A stretch of DNA of 50,550 nt from a virus. Lineage: Duplodnaviria > Caudoviricetes. Below the pieces are notes generated by a model. It did not search any database and was not told the DNA's origin. It was given only the letters and a program-made list of their open reading frames with translations. Every line of letters starts with the position of its first letter. The first letter of the stretch is position 1. The stretch covers positions 1 to 50,550 of the IMG/VR virus record IMGVR_UViG_3300027719_000008; one strand, written 5' to 3'. The translations under genes and the position numbers were made by a program. This document shows, piece by piece, positions 40,875 to 50,550 of this stretch.

Positions 40875-41584
40875 TGGCCCTATCGCATCCCAGTAGCAGA
40901 ACAACGGATCAGCGTATCCAGTGGCCAGCAGGTGGCGGGTATATCACGCTGCCGTTCTCCGCGTCGTTGTGGTTCCGCAACCCAAACGCTGTGCCATCTA
41001 GTGTCTATCACGTTGCGGTTTCTTGCGGTAATGCCACATCGACGCCGTGGCATGTGAGCGGGTATAACGCGCTCAATAAAATCGGTATCGCGGTGCGAAA
41101 TGCCGCGAATAGCGCGAACTATCGCATTGAAAGCGCAGAGGGCACGCCGTGGGATGGGGAATGGCATTTCGCGTGCGTGGTAGTCCAGACGGGCACGAAC
41201 GCCACGAAGGTTTTTCTTGATGATCTTTCGGCTGGCGTCGGCACCGTGAGTGATATTCTGTCAGTCGCATCGCCGCGTGTGGCATTGCTTGGACTGACAA
41301 ACAGCGCGACGGCGCATCAATTCGCAGGCGGCGCCGTGTCAGATGTGCGTATCTGGGATACCGCCCTGAGCGATGCAACGGTTGCGAGGATTCGGGCCGG
41401 ATATCTGCGCGATGGAATTACCGGCTTTCTTCATCGCTATGCTGTCGGCGATACAGGGCCGGGGGCGTCGGTTGCAGGAAAGAACTTGTTTGATTATGTT
41501 GCCATGACTAAGGCCGACAGCATTACGGACAATCCGTATTCGGAGCTTGACCCGTATTTCCCATGGCCCACGGAGGACACATGA
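40874..41584 (+). CDS. LamG / concanavalin A-like domain protein
   Basis: FSASLWF, DGEWHF, VSDVRIWDTALS. Confidence 0.8.
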   Translation: MALSHPSSRTTDQRIQWPAGGGYITLPFSASLWFRNPNAVPSSVYHVAVSCGNATSTPWHVSGYNALNKIGIAVRNAANSANYRIESAEGTPWDGEWHFACVVVQTGTNATKVFLDDLSAGVGTVSDILSVASPRVALLGLTNSATAHQFAGGAVSDVRIWDTALSDATVARIRAGYLRDGITGFLHRYAVGDTGPGASVAGKNLFDYVAMTKADSITDNPYSELDPYFPWPTEDT

Positions 41585-42147
41585 TGCCAGTGAATATTAT
41601 CGAATCGTATTTCATCACCGCAGAAAACATCATCGCATTGGCACGCATTGAAGGCGATCAGCGATTGCTGGCGTATTGCCCGTCCGACAGCGCGCAGAGC
41701 CACTGGAAGATCAGGACCGCGCAGATCGAAGGGACGCTGACTGGAAAGACGATTCCCGATGCCTATGTTGCGCCGATTGGCCCAACGCTGGATGATGTGA
41801 AGGCTGCAAAGATCGAGGCGATTGACGCCAGGACGCAAGAGTTGATTCGCGCAGGGTTCACATGGGGAGGGAATCAATTCTCCATGAGCGACGCCGCACA
41901 GCGGAATTGGATCGGCATGGGTACCATGCAGAGTCTTGGCATGATGCAGTATCCATTTCCGGTGAGCACGGTCAATGAAGGCGTAGCCTATCTGCAATCG
42001 GCCAACGATCTCATGACGTTCCTCGCGGCATATGCGACCTATCAGACGAATCCATCTGGGCCGCTTGGCAGCGGGCGCGCACTCAAGGCGCTTGTGACGG
42101 CATGCGAGACGGTTGATGCGGTGAACGCTATCGTGGATGCGAGATAA
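41581..42147 (+). CDS. DUF4376-like tail fibre-associated protein
   Basis: LDDVKAAKIEAID...GFTWGG..F...AQRNW...V.AI. Confidence 0.7.
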   Translation: MMPVNIIESYFITAENIIALARIEGDQRLLAYCPSDSAQSHWKIRTAQIEGTLTGKTIPDAYVAPIGPTLDDVKAAKIEAIDARTQELIRAGFTWGGNQFSMSDAAQRNWIGMGTMQSLGMMQYPFPVSTVNEGVAYLQSANDLMTFLAAYATYQTNPSGPLGSGRALKALVTACETVDAVNAIVDAR

Positions 42148-42149
42148 TC

Positions 42150-42434
42150 ATGTATTGGCCAAAGTGCCTCACCTACGGGAATTGGGGTGGTCCTGGATGG
42201 AGCGCGGGACGGTTCAACGACGATCCGGCGCAAACAGATTGGTCGGTGGAGCCGATTGACGATATGGATGCGCTCTTCCGGATGCACGATTTTATGTATC
42301 AGCATGGGGTGGGTAGGCACGCCGCCGACCTTGAACTCTGTAAGTCATTAGTGTATTGTAATGTTGTCGGCGTATGTCCGAATATCTATCGGGCCGGAGC
42401 AATCATGATTTTCGCGGTACGATCTTTTCTGTAG
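42150..42434 (+). CDS. Phospholipase A2-like protein
   Basis: YGNWGGPG Ca-loop, PIDDMDALFRMHD..Y catalytic helix, ADLEL. Confidence 0.75.
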   Translation: MYWPKCLTYGNWGGPGWSAGRFNDDPAQTDWSVEPIDDMDALFRMHDFMYQHGVGRHAADLELCKSLVYCNVVGVCPNIYRAGAIMIFAVRSFL

Positions 42435-42443
42435 GAGCATATC

Positions 42444-43220
42444 ATGGCTGTCAAGACAAGTCTCAATCCGACCGGCGGCGGATATGTGCCCTCCGGAAGC
42501 TTTGTGTGGAACCAGCAAACGTCGGGCCGGAAGATCGGAACCGGCGTCAACTCCATGCAGAACTACTACCAGCAATACCTCCAGCAGATGCAGCAGGCCC
42601 AGAGCTGGCAGCAGCAGCAGGCGGCGAACGCCCAGAAGCAGGCCGCAGGGTACATCGAACAACTCTCCCCGAAGATCGAAGGATACCTCCAGCAGATGCA
42701 GGGGAACTACGACAAGGGGCTGGAGGCCATGCAGAACGCCGGGGGCGACTCCAGCTATCTCAAGAAGGCATGGAGTATGGCCCGTCAAGGTGTGGCGAGT
42801 CCGGGGTGGGGGGATCAGACCGTCCGCCAGATGAAGAACGCGGCATCCGCCCAAGGGAGCGCGCAGCAGGCATCGGCCACGCGTCAACTGGAACGCTCGA
42901 TGTCCGGACGCGGCATGGCTGGACCGGCGGCTGACTACCTGAAAGCGTCCTTGAAGAACCGCTTCGGGATGCAGACGGCGGCTGGATTGCGGAACGTCGA
43001 TGTCAATGCGGCGACCTATGCGGCGGATTCCAAGAAGCAATATCTGGGCCTGGCGGGTCAGTACGCTGGCGACCTCGCGCGCATGGGGCAGCAGAACCAG
43101 ACGAACCTGGCGAACTATTATCAGCAGTACAACCCGCTGAATTGGCTCCAGCAGACGCAGAGTATTCTATCCCCGTTGCAGACCATCGGCTATGGCGCAG
43201 GCCAAGGCTTGGCTTGGTAA
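42444..43220 (+). CDS. Putative internal virion (ejection) protein
   Basis: Q/A/G-rich helical sequence, SGRGMAG; position before giant protein. Confidence 0.65.
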   Translation: MAVKTSLNPTGGGYVPSGSFVWNQQTSGRKIGTGVNSMQNYYQQYLQQMQQAQSWQQQQAANAQKQAAGYIEQLSPKIEGYLQQMQGNYDKGLEAMQNAGGDSSYLKKAWSMARQGVASPGWGDQTVRQMKNAASAQGSAQQASATRQLERSMSGRGMAGPAADYLKASLKNRFGMQTAAGLRNVDVNAATYAADSKKQYLGLAGQYAGDLARMGQQNQTNLANYYQQYNPLNWLQQTQSILSPLQTIGYGAGQGLAW

Positions 43221-43231
43221 GGAGGCTCCTG

Positions 43232-44425
43232 ATGAGTGCCAATTTTGCGGGTGTTCCGGCCCTGTTGGGCAACATGCAATATACGGCGGGCAATATCTCC
43301 GGCGTCAATGCCGGGATTCAGTACCGCGATGCCATGCGCATGAAGCGGTTGCAGTCGGCAATGGAGCTGGCCGCACAGCAGCAGCAGCAGATGAACGCGG
43401 ATCGCGCGCGCAGGGATTCCTTGCGCCAGTACAGCGACCAGCAGGCCCGTGCGAACCGGCAGGAACAGTACGGGATGCAGCGTGACGCGATGGCCGACCA
43501 GTGGAAGGAACGGCTCTACAAAGAGAGCTTGGGCGATAAAGCCTACGCGCGCGAACGCGACACCGTTGGCGACACACGCTATGCCGATGCGACCGCCTAT
43601 GCCCGTGGCCGTGATACCGTGCAGGACACGCGCTATGCCGACGAGATGCAGCGTGCGCTGGAGAATCAGGCGTATGGCCGTAGCCGGGACACGCTGGCTG
43701 ACACGCGCTATGACACCGGACAGCAACTGGCGCTTGAGAATCAGAATTATCAGCGTGGGCGCGACACCGTGCAGGATCAACGGTATGCCGACACGCGCGC
43801 CTACGCGATGGGCCGCGACACGCTCATGGACAAGCGGTACCAGGAAAACCAGAACTTCGTCATGGGCGACCGGTGGGCCGACAATGCCCGTCAGTGGACA
43901 TCGACGCTGCTCAATAACCCGTTCACGCAGGCCGCTGCCAGTTGGCTCCGGCAACCGCGTGATGCGAGGGCGCAGAGGCCGATGTCGGTATCGGACGCCA
44001 AGGCTCTTGCTGAGATGGAGGCACAGGCTCGCGCCGGTGGCGAAGGGTCGGATGTGGCGCGCGCGACTCTCCAGAATCTTGGGCGACCGGCTCCGCTTGA
44101 CATGACGCCAATCGAAAGCCGCAAGTCTGGATGGCTGAATCGGGCATGGAACGCATTCAGCTCGGCCAACCCCGCAGGGTCCATCCCGTATCTTGCGGAA
44201 GGACATAGCGAGAATTGGCGTCAAGCGTATACCGGGTACTCTACCGAGGATGCTACCAAGGAGCTGCAAGAGATCGACGCGCGGCTCCAACAGGTGTTGG
44301 ATCGGTATGACGCGAAGGGCAACATCCGTCCCGGCATGGAGTTGACCAAGGACGAGGAGCGGTATCTGGAGGAATTGCAGCGTCGAAAGCAGGCGATTGA
44401 AGATGGGCTTTCCGCGACCTTGTGA
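43232..44425 (+). CDS. Putative ejection protein with RDT(V/L)xDxRY repeats
   Basis: Five repeats; Q/R-rich coiled coil. Confidence 0.65.
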   Translation: MSANFAGVPALLGNMQYTAGNISGVNAGIQYRDAMRMKRLQSAMELAAQQQQQMNADRARRDSLRQYSDQQARANRQEQYGMQRDAMADQWKERLYKESLGDKAYARERDTVGDTRYADATAYARGRDTVQDTRYADEMQRALENQAYGRSRDTLADTRYDTGQQLALENQNYQRGRDTVQDQRYADTRAYAMGRDTLMDKRYQENQNFVMGDRWADNARQWTSTLLNNPFTQAAASWLRQPRDARAQRPMSVSDAKALAEMEAQARAGGEGSDVARATLQNLGRPAPLDMTPIESRKSGWLNRAWNAFSSANPAGSIPYLAEGHSENWRQAYTGYSTEDATKELQEIDARLQQVLDRYDAKGNIRPGMELTKDEERYLEELQRRKQAIEDGLSATL

Positions 44426-44437
44426 AAGGAATAACCG

Positions 44438-47400
44438 ATGCCATTGACCCCGGAAGAGGTGCTTGGATTACGCGCAAGGCTGTCCTCGAAGCCCAACTAT
44501 GCTGTTCCGGAAGCCTCATTTGGTGAGTTTATTGCCCCAATTGTGGCCCCGTTGACACTGGCCGAGCGCGCCGGTGGCCTCGTCTACAACAACCTTGGCC
44601 TTCCGCTCATGGGTGGAGCCATGCGTGCCGTCGGCATTGATGCGGATAGCGTAGCAGGGCAGGCGCAGTTGGATCGCGAGACATCGGTGAACCCAGACGT
44701 GACCTCCATGCGCGGCTGGATAGGATTGCTTGGCGTCGGGCGCGAAGGCGACACCGGATATACGAACGTCGAGACGGGCGCACCAGTGCGGGGCGCGAAC
44801 ACGCTGGAAGCGATTATGAATGCCCAAGGCGGCGATGTCGAGGGCTTCTATCGTGATTACGGAGTTCCCGGCCAAGTGGCTATGACGGTCGGCTCCATGG
44901 GGCTTGACCCTCTCAATGCAACCGCCATCGGTGGTGGCGTCAAGGCCGCATGGCAAGCCAGCAAGATTCGCGCCGGACTCCGTGGAATCAAAGGCGTGGA
45001 TGCAGCAGCCGATGCACAGCGTGCGGAATACCTGGCCGAGCAGCTTGGCAATCTCTCACCGCAGGGGCAGTCGGGCCTCGAACGCTTTGGCCGAGCCCTG
45101 ATTGGCGAGGAACAGGCCAGCGACTTCTTCCAGCAGGGCCGTGTGTTCAACCGGACGCCGGAGTTCAACATGGCTGGCGAGGTAGGGCCGGAGACGTTGC
45201 GCTCACGCATGGGCCTGAATCTCATGGACCGGCTTGCAGAGCGCATGTACCCGGATGCAAGCGCGGACTTCCTGCAACGGGCCGCTGATGCTGATGCGGA
45301 ACGCATTGCCGGGATTCGCTATGATCGCTGGCGTGATGTCCATCGCCCCGTCCCGGATCGTCTCCAGCAGATTCCGGAATGGGGAGGCATGGCCATCGAG
45401 AATGTCGATCCACGCATGATGCGCGTCATCAATGACACGATGCAGAATATGGACATGCCGAGTCAAGCGGTTGTTCCGCCGAGCCGTCAGCTTCCATTTG
45501 AGAACTCAGCAGCCGCCGACCTCTCAGCCAGGATGCAGCGCATGATGTCACCCGAAGAGCGCATGGCATGGGAGATTCCGGAATATGTTCCGGATACCAG
45601 CATGGCCGCGCGCGAGGATTTGGCCGCACGGATGCGCCGATTCCAGCAGCCTGAGCCAGAACGCACGCCGTGGGAAGCTCCTATTGAACAGACTCCAGCT
45701 CCGGTCCAAGAGGCCGTATCCGCACCCGCCCTTGACCTCGCAGCCCGGATGCGCCGCGCCATGACGCCCGCCAACGTCGAGGTGGCTCCGGTCCGACCGA
45801 CCGCGCGGACACCATGGGATGCCGCCGAGGATGTCCCGGAGCCGGTTCGCGCCGAAGTGACCATGCCGGTCGCGGAAGCGCCCAAGATCGCAGAGACGCC
45901 AACGCAGAAGCTAGCGCAACCCAAGACTGCCGAACAGCTTGCGAAAGAGGCGGAACTGGAGGCGCGCGCCAAGGCTGTAAATCCAGAAGCCAAGGCCAAG
46001 CGCGATCCGTATGCCGACATTGACGAAGCCAGTATCAAGAAGGCATCGGATGTACTGATGTCCGAACGTGGGCAGAAGAATCTCAATGCGCTCGCCCGTC
46101 AGTATGGGTTGGAGCCGGACGAGATGATGAGTGAGTTGATCATGCCGTTGGCGAAGCGTGCCGCCACGTTTGATCCGAAGCTTGGGAAGGATGAAGCGAC
46201 CTATCTTGCCAACCAGATGTCGTATGCCGCCAAGGATGTGCGCCGCAAGCAGGATGTCATTGCCGCGCGCGAGGCCAGCTACAACAAAGAGGTGGGTGAA
46301 GGCGACGACGCTATGCAGATCGTGGATACAATCGCCGACCCGACAGCCGCAACACCCGCACAGCAAGCATTGCGCGGTGAAACGGAATCCGCCTTCATGA
46401 AGCTCGTGCGATCCAGCAAGCAGCCGGAACGTGCGGAGTCGATTGTTGCCGCCCTGACGGACCAGATGGATACCAAGGGCCGGATGAATGTTGCCGCACT
46501 GAGCGAGACGACGGGCTACACGCCATCGACGATCCAGCGGGTGCTGGACGATCTCCATGCGCGCGCGATGGATGCTGGCATTGAGCCTGATGTCAAGTTC
46601 AAGACCGTCCGCAAAGCCTTTGTCCGTGGCGTGGCAAAGGATGATCTCTTGAAAGCCCCCGGCGTCAAAGGCGTCGAGGAGCTTGGAGATAATGACTTCC
46701 GAGTGACGTTCAAGAACGGCAAGACGATTGACGTGCGCACGAATGCGAACATCGAATTGCGCGCCGCTCCGGACTTGGTGGCTGGCCGCACGATCACCGT
46801 GGCCGACCCAAAGACGGGCCAACAGATCAACGTGGACTACACGCGCTTTGCGGACCAATCCACGATCAACCACGAACACGTCCATGTTGCGCGGTCGATG
46901 GGCCTGTTCACCGATTCCGAGTGGTCCAAGCTCGTCTCGACCTATGCCAAGAACATCACGGATGAAGTCCGGATGGAGGAAGCCGTCGCCAGTGGACTGG
47001 AGAAGATCGGTGGCACATTGGCACAGCGGATCAAGGAGTTCCTGGGAAAGCTCTACGAGGCCATCACAGGCGACACTTCCGCATGGTCAACGCAGGGCCG
47101 CTGGCGCAAGGGCGAGGTGTTCCGGCGCGAGAAGGTGGGCGCGGCCCGGACGGATGGTGTGCGGTATCAGACGCAGGCTCCCGACTGGCGCACAACCGGC
47201 GATGCCATCCAGAATATTGCCAAGAAGATGGAGACGGCTGGCGATGCTCGTGACATGGAACCGGCTGGAGTGCTCGCAAGCGCCAAGCGTCTCTTCACCA
47301 AGGAAGGCTTGAAGGCGATCGAGGATAAGCTGGCCCCGCAACTGTGGGATGCAGCCCATATGCTCATGACGCGCGGCTTCCGTCCGCTGGAGGATATCCT

Positions 47401-50065
47401 CTCTCCGGCCCAGAAGATCACGGGCAAGGCCGACATTACTGGACAAGGCAAGGGCGGAGCGGGACTGGCCGAAATGCTGTTCCGCACGAAGGAAGGCAAA
47501 GCAGGCCGCTTGCAGGCCGTCATGAAGGGCGAGACGCCGCTCTCTGTGTACATTGGGAACGAGAAGAAAGTCTACTATCAAGGCAACGCCGTCGAGAACA
47601 TCCTTGGTCCGGCCAAGCAGTTCCTTGGGAAGGGCGCGAGCGAGGCCGACTTCCAAGCTATCATCCAGATGGCCGATGTCGCCGGGGTGAGCCAGCGGAT
47701 TCGGCAAGAGCGCGACCTGATGCAGGCGGCGATTGCACGCATTGGTGAAGGCAAGGGAACCGATGCCGACTTCACGCGGTTGGCGAAGATGGGATACGAG
47801 AAGCCGTCGGTACTCCGCGAGGGGTTGCAGGCGGACCTGGCTGGAACCATGCAGCAGCTTCGGACGGATGCGGCGAAGTGGGAAAAGACCATGATGCTGC
47901 GTTCCGGAACGGACTACGAGGATGCCCTGAGCGCCATTGAGGAGTTCAAGGCCAAGGGGATGCTGACGGAGAACACGGACAGCCCCGGCGTGCTGGACAA
48001 GGTGCTGGAGGCCGAGCGGAAACTCAGCAAGGCGAAGCTGGAATACGCGCGCGACAAGGGGATCATCTCGCAGGAAATGGCCGACGCCTATGCTAAGACG
48101 GGTGACTATTACACCCCTCTTGAACGCGTATTCGACGACCTCGAAAAGATGTCCGGTGGCAAGGGAAGCGCCACGGGGCAGTTCACGAATCAGGCACTTG
48201 GCAGCGAACGCCTTATCAAGTCGCCGATCAGTAGCGTCTTTGAAAGCCTCAATAAGTTGGTCCGACTGGCCGACGAGAACGAAGTCTGGCGCACGCTGAC
48301 GGATGATATTGATGACGCGAAGAAGCTGGTTGCCGCGCAAAAGGAAGATGCCAAACATCTCATTGGTGCCGAGAAGGGTGTTCCTGAGAATAAAGTTCTC
48401 CCTGATGGTGCCATTGCGGAGAATGAATCGTACATCGCCGAGACGGAGAAATACATCCAGCAGGTGAGTGGCGACGAACGCATGGCGAAGGATGTGATCC
48501 CTGTCATCCGGGATGGCAAGACGACGTATTGGCGCTTCGTGGACCCGGAGGCGCGCAAGACCTATGCTGCGATGCAGATGCACGCTCCATCGGGGTGGCT
48601 GGAGAAGGCGGCACGTTGGCCGTCCCAGGTGTTGCGGAAGTGGCTGGCTGCCTCCCCGCGCTTTGCCGCGTTCAATACGACGCGCGACACCTTCATGCGT
48701 CCGATCATCTCGGAACACGAAGGCAGCAAGATGTCGGATGTGTTGATGCAATGGACCGACAAGGCCAAGTATGAGGAGATGGACGAAGCGTTCATGCGCT
48801 CCGGCGGCTCACAGCAGGCCATGCTGAATGATCTGGAGGACGCCTACAAGGACGACATGAGCGGGTTCATCCGGAAGGCCGTCGGCACAAAAGGCACGAT
48901 GGTGGGCCTCCCGCAAGACCTGATCAAGTATATGAAGGGCGGATTCGATAAGGTGACGGCGCTGACGGGCAAGGGTGAAAAGCTGAATCGCTTGGCCGAG
49001 TACAAGGACGCCTACGAATACGCGATGAAGAACATCCCGAACATCACGCAACAGGAAGCGGAGACGTATGCTGCATTCCATAGCCGTAACCTCTTGGACT
49101 TCGCGCAGGCTGGAACGTTCATCCGGGCGATTAACAAGTATGTGCCGTTCACGAACGCCGCTATCCAAGGCTCGCGCGTGATGTTCCGTGCTGCCAAGAA
49201 TCACCCGAAGCAATTCGCCAAGCAATTCGCCAAGCTGATCGTGGCCCCGTCGATTGCGACCTATGGCATTGCACAAGCGGCAGGCCGTGAAGAGGAATAC
49301 CGTGCGCTACCCGCGTACCGGCGCGACTTCTTCTGGAACATACCGATTCCCGGAACGAAGCTGTGGTTCGCCATCCCGAAGCCGTTCGAGTTGGGCGTCC
49401 TCGGCACCACGTTCGAGCGCACCGTGGACTACGCATGGAAGGGTAACTTCGACGAAGCGTTCGCCGGTCACGGTGGATCGCTCGCCAAGGGCATGATTCC
49501 AGTCGATGAAGCCGCGTTCCTTGGTGCATTCCGTCCTGTTGTCGAAGTGCTGGCGAACCGTAATCTGTTCTACGATCAGCCGATCATTCCCTATTGGGAA
49601 GAAGGCTTGGATGTCCGCCTCCGCAAGGGCGCGCAGGGTGGCAGTCGCATCGGCAAGACCATGCAAGACCTGTTCAAGGTGGATTCCCGCAACGTCGATC
49701 ATCTCATTGGCGCATTCTTTGGCGACTATGGCCGACTGGCAACAAACGTCGGGAAGATCGGGCAGGATGTCGAGAACCCCATGACATTCGGGAAGTCGAT
49801 CATGAAGGCGTCCGGATTCGTGCGCGAGACATCACCGTGGGAGATTCAACCCGCGAAAGAGGCCATGCGCACGCAACAGCGCCTCGGCGTGCAGGCCACG
49901 AAGCCGTCGAAAGCGTTCCGCGACATCCTGAAAGAGGCGCAGGCCGGGACGCGAACGATGAAGGAAGCGATTGAAGCATCGCGTGCGGAGAAAAATCGGT
50001 TGTCGCAAATCACGATTGAGCAACGCATTAAGGAGATGTTCGAGAAATCGAAAAAGAAAAAGTAG
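44438..50065 (+). CDS. Giant polyvalent/ejection protein: sigma-like domain, HExxH metallopeptidase-like motif, LPD38-like C-terminus
   Basis: FDPKLG..ATY and HTH; NHEHVH; YVPFTNAAIQG; FAIPKPFELG; EVLANRNLF..QPI. Confidence 0.8.
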   Translation: MPLTPEEVLGLRARLSSKPNYAVPEASFGEFIAPIVAPLTLAERAGGLVYNNLGLPLMGGAMRAVGIDADSVAGQAQLDRETSVNPDVTSMRGWIGLLGVGREGDTGYTNVETGAPVRGANTLEAIMNAQGGDVEGFYRDYGVPGQVAMTVGSMGLDPLNATAIGGGVKAAWQASKIRAGLRGIKGVDAAADAQRAEYLAEQLGNLSPQGQSGLERFGRALIGEEQASDFFQQGRVFNRTPEFNMAGEVGPETLRSRMGLNLMDRLAERMYPDASADFLQRAADADAERIAGIRYDRWRDVHRPVPDRLQQIPEWGGMAIENVDPRMMRVINDTMQNMDMPSQAVVPPSRQLPFENSAAADLSARMQRMMSPEERMAWEIPEYVPDTSMAAREDLAARMRRFQQPEPERTPWEAPIEQTPAPVQEAVSAPALDLAARMRRAMTPANVEVAPVRPTARTPWDAAEDVPEPVRAEVTMPVAEAPKIAETPTQKLAQPKTAEQLAKEAELEARAKAVNPEAKAKRDPYADIDEASIKKASDVLMSERGQKNLNALARQYGLEPDEMMSELIMPLAKRAATFDPKLGKDEATYLANQMSYAAKDVRRKQDVIAAREASYNKEVGEGDDAMQIVDTIADPTAATPAQQALRGETESAFMKLVRSSKQPERAESIVAALTDQMDTKGRMNVAALSETTGYTPSTIQRVLDDLHARAMDAGIEPDVKFKTVRKAFVRGVAKDDLLKAPGVKGVEELGDNDFRVTFKNGKTIDVRTNANIELRAAPDLVAGRTITVADPKTGQQINVDYTRFADQSTINHEHVHVARSMGLFTDSEWSKLVSTYAKNITDEVRMEEAVASGLEKIGGTLAQRIKEFLGKLYEAITGDTSAWSTQGRWRKGEVFRREKVGAARTDGVRYQTQAPDWRTTGDAIQNIAKKMETAGDARDMEPAGVLASAKRLFTKEGLKAIEDKLAPQLWDAAHMLMTRGFRPLEDILSPAQKITGKADITGQGKGGAGLAEMLFRTKEGKAGRLQAVMKGETPLSVYIGNEKKVYYQGNAVENILGPAKQFLGKGASEADFQAIIQMADVAGVSQRIRQERDLMQAAIARIGEGKGTDADFTRLAKMGYEKPSVLREGLQADLAGTMQQLRTDAAKWEKTMMLRSGTDYEDALSAIEEFKAKGMLTENTDSPGVLDKVLEAERKLSKAKLEYARDKGIISQEMADAYAKTGDYYTPLERVFDDLEKMSGGKGSATGQFTNQALGSERLIKSPISSVFESLNKLVRLADENEVWRTLTDDIDDAKKLVAAQKEDAKHLIGAEKGVPENKVLPDGAIAENESYIAETEKYIQQVSGDERMAKDVIPVIRDGKTTYWRFVDPEARKTYAAMQMHAPSGWLEKAARWPSQVLRKWLAASPRFAAFNTTRDTFMRPIISEHEGSKMSDVLMQWTDKAKYEEMDEAFMRSGGSQQAMLNDLEDAYKDDMSGFIRKAVGTKGTMVGLPQDLIKYMKGGFDKVTALTGKGEKLNRLAEYKDAYEYAMKNIPNITQQEAETYAAFHSRNLLDFAQAGTFIRAINKYVPFTNAAIQGSRVMFRAAKNHPKQFAKQFAKLIVAPSIATYGIAQAAGREEEYRALPAYRRDFFWNIPIPGTKLWFAIPKPFELGVLGTTFERTVDYAWKGNFDEAFAGHGGSLAKGMIPVDEAAFLGAFRPVVEVLANRNLFYDQPIIPYWEEGLDVRLRKGAQGGSRIGKTMQDLFKVDSRNVDHLIGAFFGDYGRLATNVGKIGQDVENPMTFGKSIMKASGFVRETSPWEIQPAKEAMRTQQRLGVQATKPSKAFRDILKEAQAGTRTMKEAIEASRAEKNRLSQITIEQRIKEMFEKSKKKK

Positions 50066-50182
50066 ATTTTCTGGTGGATTTTGCCGACGCGATCCGATAT
50101 AGGTGTGTTGGCAGACCAAGCAACGGCAAGGTTGTGAGGCTGCAAAGCAATCAACGCTGGTGACGGCCCGACCGTCTTTGAC

Positions 50183-50222
50183 TCCTCCTGCATGGCTTGC
50201 CCTGTGCAGGGGGATTCTTTTT
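50183..50222 (+). terminator. Hairpin plus T-tract upstream of pentapeptide gene
   Basis: CCTGCATGG...CTGTGCAGG stem followed by TTCTTTTT. Confidence 0.55.
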
Positions 50223-50236
50223 GAATGGAGCGTGCG

Positions 50237-50550
50237 ATGAATAAGATTGAGTTGGATGCGATTATTGCAAAGCACTGGAAATGGTTATGCAGTGAGGATG
50301 GCGGCGAAAGAGCCGACCTGAGTTACGCCGACCTGAGTTACGCAAACCTGAGTTCCGCCAACCTGCGTTCCGCCAACCTGCGTTACGCAAACCTGAGTTA
50401 CGCCGACCTGAGTTCCGCCGACCTGAGTTACGCAAACCTGAGTTCCGCCAACCTGCGTTACGCAAACCTGAGTTCCGCCGACCTGAGTTACGCAAACCTG
50501 AGTTCCGCCAACCTGCGTTCCGCCAACCTGCGTTCCGCCAACCTGCGTTA
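50237..50550 (+). CDS. Pentapeptide-repeat protein, 5' part (continues at 1..431)
   Basis: ATG at 50237 after GGAG: [40 protein letters not shown]..., A(D/N)L(S/R)(Y/S) repeats open to window end. Confidence 0.9.
   Translation, partial: MNKIELDAIIAKHWKWLCSEDGGERADLSYADLSYANLSSANLRSANLRYANLSYADLSSADLSYANLSSANLRYANLSSADLSYANLSSANLRSANLRSANLR

Noticed and set aside
38991-41584. Diversity-generating retroelement suggested by the Mtd-type N-terminus
   Set aside because: No reverse transcriptase and no template/variable repeat pair seen
50262-50495. Minus-strand [10 protein letters not shown] repeat ORF
   Set aside because: Antisense reading of the pentapeptide repeat

Overview
This window looks like a complete, circularly assembled tailed phage genome with podovirus-like virion genes. 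Bases 1-73 are identical to 50478-50550, and a pentapeptide-repeat gene runs across the junction. Layout: (1) a + strand operon at 50.2 kb to 14.7 kb with YqaJ exonuclease, RecT, SSB, many small genes, a replication initiator, a DnaB-like helicase, a C5 DNA methyltransferase, a RuvC-like resolvase and DUF5664; (2) two - strand blocks at 14.8-18.7 kb (serine recombinase, clamp-loader-like AAA+ ATPase, small genes) and 19.9-23.0 kb (AlpA/Xis-like HTH, sigma-4-like HTH), separated by about 1.1 kb of strand-biased non-coding DNA rich in GATAG; (3) a + strand morphogenesis operon at 23.2-50.1 kb with TerS, TerL, portal, scaffold, major capsid, adaptor, tail, lysis genes, tail fibre, a PLA2-like protein and three putative ejection proteins. 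The most unusual observations are: a sigma-70-like domain inside the 1875-aa putative ejected polyvalent protein; a C5 methyltransferase apparently split over two fully overlapping reading frames (M.EcoHK31I-like); a tail nozzle-like protein whose motifs appear spread over three separate genes; short exact repeats at small-gene junctions; a lone clamp-loader-like ATPase with an altered Walker B; and a lysis cassette with no recognisable endolysin. All family assignments come from motif recognition by eye; no database search was run.
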